Part shown: piece by piece, positions 58,299 to 64,000 of the stretch
How the letters are laid out: each line of letters starts with the position of its first letter
Numbering within the stretch: the stretch's first letter is position 1
Origin: Capsulimonadaceae bacterium
Lineage (GTDB): Bacteria; Armatimonadota; Armatimonadia; Armatimonadales; Capsulimonadaceae
NCBI GenBank assembly: GCA_965215505.1
Contig: OZ244065.1
Span: 4,864,001 to 4,928,000, forward strand
Direction of reading: 5' to 3'
DNA: 64,000 bases
Program-made: the position numbers and the translations under genes
Notes under the pieces: model-generated
What the model was told of the DNA's origin: nothing
What the model saw: only the letters and a program-made list of their open reading frames with translations
Databases searched by the model: none

Positions 58299-58315
58299 TG
58301 CAAATTCTATGCCAA
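58299..58315 (-). promoter_or_regulatory. sigma54 (-24/-12) promoter for gmd-fcl
   Basis: TTGGCATAGAATTTGCA with exact GG-N10-GC spacing. Confidence 0.75.
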
Positions 58316-58421
58316 CCTTTTTTCTTCGTCCGGCCCCAGGGACATCATCAGCGGCTTCCTCCCGAAACTTCCGCACCGGAAACGCCGCCTTTTTCGCCCC
58401 TCTTCCGGCCAAACAGGCGTT

Positions 58422-58438
58422 TTGGCATGATTCTTGAT
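58422..58438 (+). promoter_or_regulatory. sigma54-like promoter for the GT4 gene
   Basis: TTGGCATGATTCTTGAT (GA instead of GC at -12). Confidence 0.55.
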
Positions 58439-58631
58439 AGTTCAATCCGTAGTTCAACTGTGGGCCGCCGATCTCCTGCACCGATTCCCTGTGGCTTCGG
58501 CGCGGCCCGCCTCGTCATCAACAGCAGCAACAGCACTCGTGTCCGAAGCGCGGGCTGCCGATAATCTAAGGGAAACAGGCCGCCAGGCCTCATCGCTCCC
58601 TCTCTCACGGAAGGTCAAAGAGCCATTCGCC

Positions 58632-59954
58632 ATGCGTATCTGTATCGTCAACGAGTTCTTCTACCCGGACAGCACGGGCGGCACGGGGACAGTACTGTCC
58701 GAATTGGTTCACTCCCTCCGCGAGACCTACCGCGACGTCGAGATAGACGTCGTGACCAGCAAAAACCTTTACCGCGACGCGGGTGCCCGGCTTGCGGCCT
58801 ATGAGGACTGGGACGGCGTCAGCATCCACCGTCTGGCGACGCCCCGCCCGAACGGGCTGCCGACGCCGCTGCGGCTCGGGGCCAACCTGCTCTTCTGCCT
58901 CCTCGCGCTGGGCAAGCTCGCCGGGCTGGGGCGGTACGACCTCCTCCTGGTCGGGACCGCCCCGCCCATGGTCGCCATGAGCGCCCAGGCGCTGGGCTGG
59001 CTGAAGGGCACCCCCTACGTCTACGTCGTCTACGACCTGGAGCCGGACCGGTCCGTGACCATGAAGATGATGACGTCCGGCCACCCGCTCGTGCGCCTGT
59101 TCCGCGCCAGCCAGAGGCGCTGGCTGCACTCCGCCGGCAAGGTCGTCGTCCTGGGCCGGTGCATGCGCGAGTATCTCGGCCGAGCCTACGACCTGCCCGA
59201 ACACAAGGTCGAGGTCATCCCAATCGGCTCCGACCCGAGCGAGATCGTCCCCGCCTCCCGCGACACCCGGTTCCGCGCGCTGCACGGCATCCACGGGTTC
59301 GTCGTGCTGTATTCCGGCAACTTCGGCCGCTATCACGACTTCGACACCGTCCTGGACGCCGCCAAGGCGCTGACGGTCGAGGACGCAGCGCCCGTGAAGG
59401 ACATCCAGTTCGTCCTGGTGGGCAGCGGCGCCCAGAAGGCGCACATCGCGCGGCGAATCGCCGCCGAAAAAATCGGCAACGTTCGCCTCTTCGATTTCGT
59501 ATCCAAGGAGGATTACGCCGACCTCATGGCCTCGGCGGACGTCTCGCTGGTGACACTCGAGCCGGGCATGGAGGGGCTGTGCGTCCCCAGCAAGTTCTAC
59601 AGCATCCTGGCTTCCGGCCGGCCCGTCATCGCCGCCGTCTCGCCCCGCTCCGAGGTCGCGCTCGTCATTGATGAGGCGCGGTGCGGCGTCCATCTGCTCC
59701 AGGGCGACTCGGCCCGGCTCGTGGACGTCCTGACGCACCTGGCTTCAAACCCAGCCGAGGTGGGGAGCATGGGCCGCAATGCGCGGCGCGTGCTGGAAGA
59801 AAAATATTCCACACAGGGCCTCGCGCGGCAGTACCATGACACCTTCCGGCAGGTGGCCGGGTCCCGAAAGAAGCGCCAGCAGCCGTTCCGTAGCCTTCTC
59901 ACCCGCCGGGGGCGGCTGGAAGGGGCAGCCGCGCCGGATACGGACCCTTTCTAG
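58632..59954 (+). CDS. Glycosyltransferase family 4 (WcaI/WbuB-like)
   Basis: MRICIVNEFFYPD, VYDLEPD, LYSGNFG and VPSKFYSILASGRPVI. Confidence 0.9.
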   Translation: MRICIVNEFFYPDSTGGTGTVLSELVHSLRETYRDVEIDVVTSKNLYRDAGARLAAYEDWDGVSIHRLATPRPNGLPTPLRLGANLLFCLLALGKLAGLGRYDLLLVGTAPPMVAMSAQALGWLKGTPYVYVVYDLEPDRSVTMKMMTSGHPLVRLFRASQRRWLHSAGKVVVLGRCMREYLGRAYDLPEHKVEVIPIGSDPSEIVPASRDTRFRALHGIHGFVVLYSGNFGRYHDFDTVLDAAKALTVEDAAPVKDIQFVLVGSGAQKAHIARRIAAEKIGNVRLFDFVSKEDYADLMASADVSLVTLEPGMEGLCVPSKFYSILASGRPVIAAVSPRSEVALVIDEARCGVHLLQGDSARLVDVLTHLASNPAEVGSMGRNARRVLEEKYSTQGLARQYHDTFRQVAGSRKKRQQPFRSLLTRRGRLEGAAAPDTDPF

Positions 59955-60014
59955 ACCCGCGCAAGGATGAGATCCCGAAACTCTGACACACCATTTCCTC
60001 GGGTTTCCGGCCAG

Positions 60015-60031
60015 TTGGCATGGTTTGTGCA
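60015..60031 (+). promoter_or_regulatory. sigma54 (-24/-12) promoter for wzc-wza-exosortase
   Basis: TTGGCATGGTTTGTGCA. Confidence 0.7.
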
Positions 60032-60112
60032 TTAGCAAGTAGGAAAGAGTAGACCGTCGCTCAGGCGATTGTTCCGACGACTGTTCAAGCGACCGCTGGG
60101 AATCAAAAATCT

Positions 60113-62410
60113 ATGAACGAGCTTCAACCGAACAACCCCGAGATGGGCATCAAAGAATTCGTGGCCGTCCTGCGCCGGCGATTCTGGGTCATCCTGCCCA
60201 TCCTGCTGCTCTGCGTGGCGGGCGCGTATGCCGTGACCATGGGAACCCCCTGGACCAAGGGCATCCCCAAGTCCTACCGCGCCGAGTCGGAGCTGCAACT
60301 GATCCAGCGCGCTTCGACCGCCAGCAACGACTCGGTGGACGGCATGAACACGCAGACCGTTGACCCGATCGAAACCGAGCTGGCTCTGATCCAGAACCGC
60401 GAGATGGCCCGGCGGACAGCGGCGGAGCTAAAGAACAAGGCAATCGGGGCGGGCCTGACGACCGACACTTCTTCCCTGTCCTCGCTGGCTGACGCCATCC
60501 AGAGGGCCGTGAAGGTCACCAACCCGACCGACTCCAACCTTCTGATCGTCACGGCGGATGCGAACGAACCGGGGCAGGCGAGTGACCTCGCCAACGCGGT
60601 CGCCAACGCATTCGTCGAGTATAAGAGGACCCTCGCGACGCGCGACATGACTCTCGCCCAGGCTAACCTGGAGCGCCGGGCCGCCCGCGCCCACACCGCC
60701 ATGCTCGCGGCCCAGCAGAAAGAAACAAACTTCAAACTGGCACACCACCTGTCGGACGTGGATGCGGAAGACAAATCGGTGAACGAACAGCGGAACAGCT
60801 CGAACAGTCAGGTCGCCGTACTCACCGGGAGGCTCGCCTCCCTGTCCGCCACCGCCGCCCAGCTGGACACACAGCTCAAGGCGGCGAACGCCGCCGTCCA
60901 GTCGGAAGGCGGCGTCCCCGATGAGGCCCTCGCACAAAGGCTCCAGCAGGAACTGGGTCAGCTCAAAGCGCAGCGCCATGACGCCGGGCAGCAATACACC
61001 TACGACTTCCCCGGCACGCCCACCCTCCCCTCGCTCCGTAGCCTGGACGCCCAGATCGCGGAAACGCAGAGGCAGTTCGACGCGGCCAAGAAGGCCGCCA
61101 CGAACAACGCCGTACCCACCCTGGCGGCGCGGAGCGCCCTCGCCACTGAAGACGCCGCCGCCCACACGCAGGAGGTCGCCGCCCAGCAGGAACTGAACTC
61201 AGCCGTCGCCGCCCAGAACGCCTATCAGCAGCGGGTCGAGGGCATGCCCAGCCTTCAGCAGCAGTACGGCCGGTTGAGCCTGAATGCTGACCTCGCGGCT
61301 GACCTTTACAAGCACCTCCAGGCCTCCCTGGAAGCGACCCGGCTCCAGCTTGGCCTAGTCTCCGGGAACGTGACCATCACCCAGTTCGCCGAGGCGCCTC
61401 AGCTCCCTTACAAGCCCGACCTCAAGACGAACCTGGTGCTGGGGCTTGCCCTCGGCGCACTGATCTCGCTCGGCCTGGTCATGCTCCTGGAGCAGACCGA
61501 CCAGCGCGTCCGGACGCTCGACGAGGTGCGCGCCCTGGTCTCGGGGCCGATCATCGGCATGCTCCCCCGCACCTCGCGCGGCCAGATGACCGCGCTGGCC
61601 CAGGGCCGCCTGCTGCCGCAATTCGAAGAGGCTTTCAGCCTGGTGCGCGTCAACCTCTCCTACGTCATGCGCCACTCCATGATGCGCGAACAGGCCGAGC
61701 ATCAGACCATCCTGGTGACCAGCGCGGTCCCCGGCGAGGGCAAGTCCGTCACCGCCGCCGAACTCGCGCGCTCCATGGCCGAGGCAGGCAAGTCCGTCAT
61801 CCTCGTGGATGCCAACCTGCGCCGCCCGTCACAGAACGTCCTGTTCCAGACCGGCGAGTCGGGCGGCCTGACCGACGTCCTCTCGGGGCAGCTCCCCCTG
61901 GACGAGGCCATCGCCACGTCAAACGTCGAAAACCTTTCCATCCTCAACAGCGGCGTCAGCACCCAGAACCCGACCGTCTTGCTGTCGCAGCCGCGCCTGG
62001 CGTCCGTCATGGAAGCCCTGCGCTTCAAGGCGGACGTGGTCATCATAGACGCGCCCGACTGCACCTCCGTCGCCGACACGCTCCTGCTCACCGCCCACGC
62101 CGACTGTCTGCTGCAAGTGGTGAGAGCGGGCATGGTGGACATGGAGACGCTGCACAACGCCTCCATGGCCCTCCACGCCACCGGCAAGAAGGTGACCATC
62201 CTGGCGAACGGGCTGACCCGCCCGCAGCAGCGCGCCTTCCGGTCGCGCTTCGCCTACGCCGCCCTGTCCAGCCAGAGCGAGACGCCGGCCCTGCCGCAGA
62301 CCTTCGACAAGACCATGGTGATGAACCGCTCCCGCGACCTCATCTTCTCCAAATCGGCGCACAAGTCGCTCGACAACCCAGAAGGAACGCCGGAGCAGAA
62401 CGAAGCGTAA
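60113..62410 (+). CDS. Polysaccharide co-polymerase / BY-kinase-like protein (Wzc/GumC family)
   Basis: 2 TM around a coiled coil; SAVPGEGKS, LVDANLRRP and IIDAP. Confidence 0.9.
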   Translation: MNELQPNNPEMGIKEFVAVLRRRFWVILPILLLCVAGAYAVTMGTPWTKGIPKSYRAESELQLIQRASTASNDSVDGMNTQTVDPIETELALIQNREMARRTAAELKNKAIGAGLTTDTSSLSSLADAIQRAVKVTNPTDSNLLIVTADANEPGQASDLANAVANAFVEYKRTLATRDMTLAQANLERRAARAHTAMLAAQQKETNFKLAHHLSDVDAEDKSVNEQRNSSNSQVAVLTGRLASLSATAAQLDTQLKAANAAVQSEGGVPDEALAQRLQQELGQLKAQRHDAGQQYTYDFPGTPTLPSLRSLDAQIAETQRQFDAAKKAATNNAVPTLAARSALATEDAAAHTQEVAAQQELNSAVAAQNAYQQRVEGMPSLQQQYGRLSLNADLAADLYKHLQASLEATRLQLGLVSGNVTITQFAEAPQLPYKPDLKTNLVLGLALGALISLGLVMLLEQTDQRVRTLDEVRALVSGPIIGMLPRTSRGQMTALAQGRLLPQFEEAFSLVRVNLSYVMRHSMMREQAEHQTILVTSAVPGEGKSVTAAELARSMAEAGKSVILVDANLRRPSQNVLFQTGESGGLTDVLSGQLPLDEAIATSNVENLSILNSGVSTQNPTVLLSQPRLASVMEALRFKADVVIIDAPDCTSVADTLLLTAHADCLLQVVRAGMVDMETLHNASMALHATGKKVTILANGLTRPQQRAFRSRFAYAALSSQSETPALPQTFDKTMVMNRSRDLIFSKSAHKSLDNPEGTPEQNEA

Positions 62411-62498
62411 TCAAGAAAGCGTACCAGGAGGCCGGGAGCCGCCCCCGCGCGGCTTCCCCGCCCAGAAGACAGACCCCGAAGTCGAGAGGACGTGACCG

Positions 62499-63704
62499 AT
62501 GAAACCCCAAATGATCCCCCTGGCGCTGCTGGCGGCACTGGCCGCCGCACCTGCCAGTGCGCAGATGATGCCGATCGCGCCCGTGACGCCCGCCTCCCCG
62601 GCGAGGCCTGTGACGGTCTCCCCCGATTACAAGATCGCTGAGGGGGACGTACTCGGCGTCAACGTCGTCAACTTCCCCAACCTGTCCATGCCCCAGACGA
62701 TGGTCACTCCTGGAGGCAACATCTCTGTCCCCCTGCTGGACCAAGTTCCGGTCGTTGGCATGACTCAGGACCAGGTGAAGCGCCTGCTGACGACCAAGTG
62801 GCGGAAGTACGTCCACAACCCGGCGGTCAATGTATTCCTGACGCAGAAGCACGCGCAGGTGATCAGGCTGAGCGGCTCCCTGAACCATACTGGGAGTATA
62901 GACTACACGCCTGACCTCCATGTGCTGCAAGCCCTCGCTCAGATGGGCGGCGCTTTGCCATCCGCCGATGCCACGAAGGCCGTTCTGCAACACACCGACG
63001 GGACTCAACAGGTTCTTGACCTGAGCAACCCAGAAAGCAAGGCCGGCACGGATGTGGATGTCCTGCTCCAACCGGGTGACACCCTGATCATCCCTGACCA
63101 GAAGGGCAAGGTAGGCATCGTCGGTGAAGTCAAGAATCCAGGCAACCTCTTCTACAAAGAAAACCTGACCGTGCTGGACGCCATCAACCTCAGCGGTGGC
63201 ATCAACCCGGACACCGCCGACTTGTACAATTCCACGCTGACGCACAACGGCGTGACAAAAAAGATAGACCTGTACGCGCTTCTGCACAACGGCGATCTCA
63301 CTGCCAATGCCCCGCTCGTGGCCGGGGACATCCTAACCATCCCCGAACTGCACAACCGCACCTACGTCTTCGGCGATGTGGGGCGGCCCGGTTACTACTA
63401 CTACAAGCTGGGGGATCGTATCCTTGACGCCTTGAACAGCGCTCAGGTCGCTCCCGACGCGGACACCGGCAAGATCAACCTGATACACACGAACGCCGAC
63501 AAGACGTTGTCGAAAATGGTTCGCGTGAACGCGGACGAATTCTTGCAGCACGGCAACATCATCGGGAACCCCGAAGTGCAGCCGGGCGACTCGCTGTACA
63601 TCCCGAAGAAGCACGAGCAGTTCAACGCTAATACCGTCTTGCAGACGCTCACAGGAGTCGGTGCGCTCGCGAACACCACCTATTTGCTGCGAACCGTTCA
63701 CTAA
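62499..63704 (+). CDS. Polysaccharide export protein (Wza/OPX-like; Poly_export plus SLBB repeats)
   Basis: DYKIAEGDVLGV, GNISVPLL, LQPGDTLIIP, GEVKNPG and VQPGDSLYIP. Confidence 0.88.
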   Translation: MKPQMIPLALLAALAAAPASAQMMPIAPVTPASPARPVTVSPDYKIAEGDVLGVNVVNFPNLSMPQTMVTPGGNISVPLLDQVPVVGMTQDQVKRLLTTKWRKYVHNPAVNVFLTQKHAQVIRLSGSLNHTGSIDYTPDLHVLQALAQMGGALPSADATKAVLQHTDGTQQVLDLSNPESKAGTDVDVLLQPGDTLIIPDQKGKVGIVGEVKNPGNLFYKENLTVLDAINLSGGINPDTADLYNSTLTHNGVTKKIDLYALLHNGDLTANAPLVAGDILTIPELHNRTYVFGDVGRPGYYYYKLGDRILDALNSAQVAPDADTGKINLIHTNADKTLSKMVRVNADEFLQHGNIIGNPEVQPGDSLYIPKKHEQFNANTVLQTLTGVGALANTTYLLRTVH

Positions 63705-63710
63705 ATCCCT

Positions 63711-64000
63711 ATGATCACACAGGCAGGAACAACGCAGGGCACGCCGCCCGTCGGGGGCGGGATGACGGCATCCTCACCGGCCTGGGACCGGTGGCTGCCC
63801 CTCGTCTTCGCCGTGGGCGTGCTGGCGCTATACGCGCCGACGCTGGCGAAGGCGGCGCAGGAATGGACGATCAACGACAACTACGCGCACGGGTTCTTCA
63901 TCTTCCCGCTGTGCGCCTTCCTTCTCTGGTTGCGGCGCGATGACCTGCGCCAGGTGGAGCGCCGCCCGAACGCCTGGGGCTTCCTGCCGCTTGTCGTGGG
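63711..64000 (+). CDS. Exosortase/EpsH family protein, N-terminal part (truncated by the window edge)
   Basis: LYAPTL...EWTINDNYAHGFFIFPLCAFLLWLRR; sits in an EPS locus. Confidence 0.8.
   Translation, partial: MITQAGTTQGTPPVGGGMTASSPAWDRWLPLVFAVGVLALYAPTLAKAAQEWTINDNYAHGFFIFPLCAFLLWLRRDDLRQVERRPNAWGFLPLVV

Overview
High-GC bacterial chromosomal window with about 58 CDS. I found no rRNA, tRNA or CRISPR array. The gene content (many Sec-exported glycoside-hydrolase-like proteins, a secretin, and a Wza/Wzc/exosortase EPS locus) points to a diderm soil-type organism, possibly Armatimonadota; that assignment is an inference. From left to right: GH9; an M60 peptidase divergent from a membrane MutS-like ATPase; an orphan secretin with a large insertion next to a patatin-like membrane protein; a TrmH/SpoU methyltransferase behind an attenuator-like leader; housekeeping and accessory genes (GNAT, YprB-like exonuclease, LolA-like/TlpA fusion, folC, PhyH, J-domain protein, GH71/99, pepsin-like protease); a His-rich PadR with a perfect 28-bp operator followed by kinase, DUF3500, HupE/UreJ, O-methyltransferase and a Gly-rich exported protein; an ADP-ribosylglycohydrolase; pgeF; GH15; two GHL10-type proteins; a ~5 kb toxin-antitoxin-rich islet (aspartyl protease gene split by an intact IS630, ParD with a decayed ParE, a mosaic ankyrin-AAA gene, an antitoxin-MazF/PemK pair); oxidoreductases; a rhomboid-TPR protease; a PriL-C-terminal-like small protein; and a sigma54-type EPS locus (fcl, gmd, GT4, wzc, wza, exosortase). 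The best candidates for undescribed systems are the ankyrin-AAA/TA islet, the secretin-patatin pair, the TrmH riboregulator and the kinase/DUF3500/HupE/Gly-rich module with a shared promoter motif. All family assignments come from motif recognition by eye, and GC statements are qualitative.
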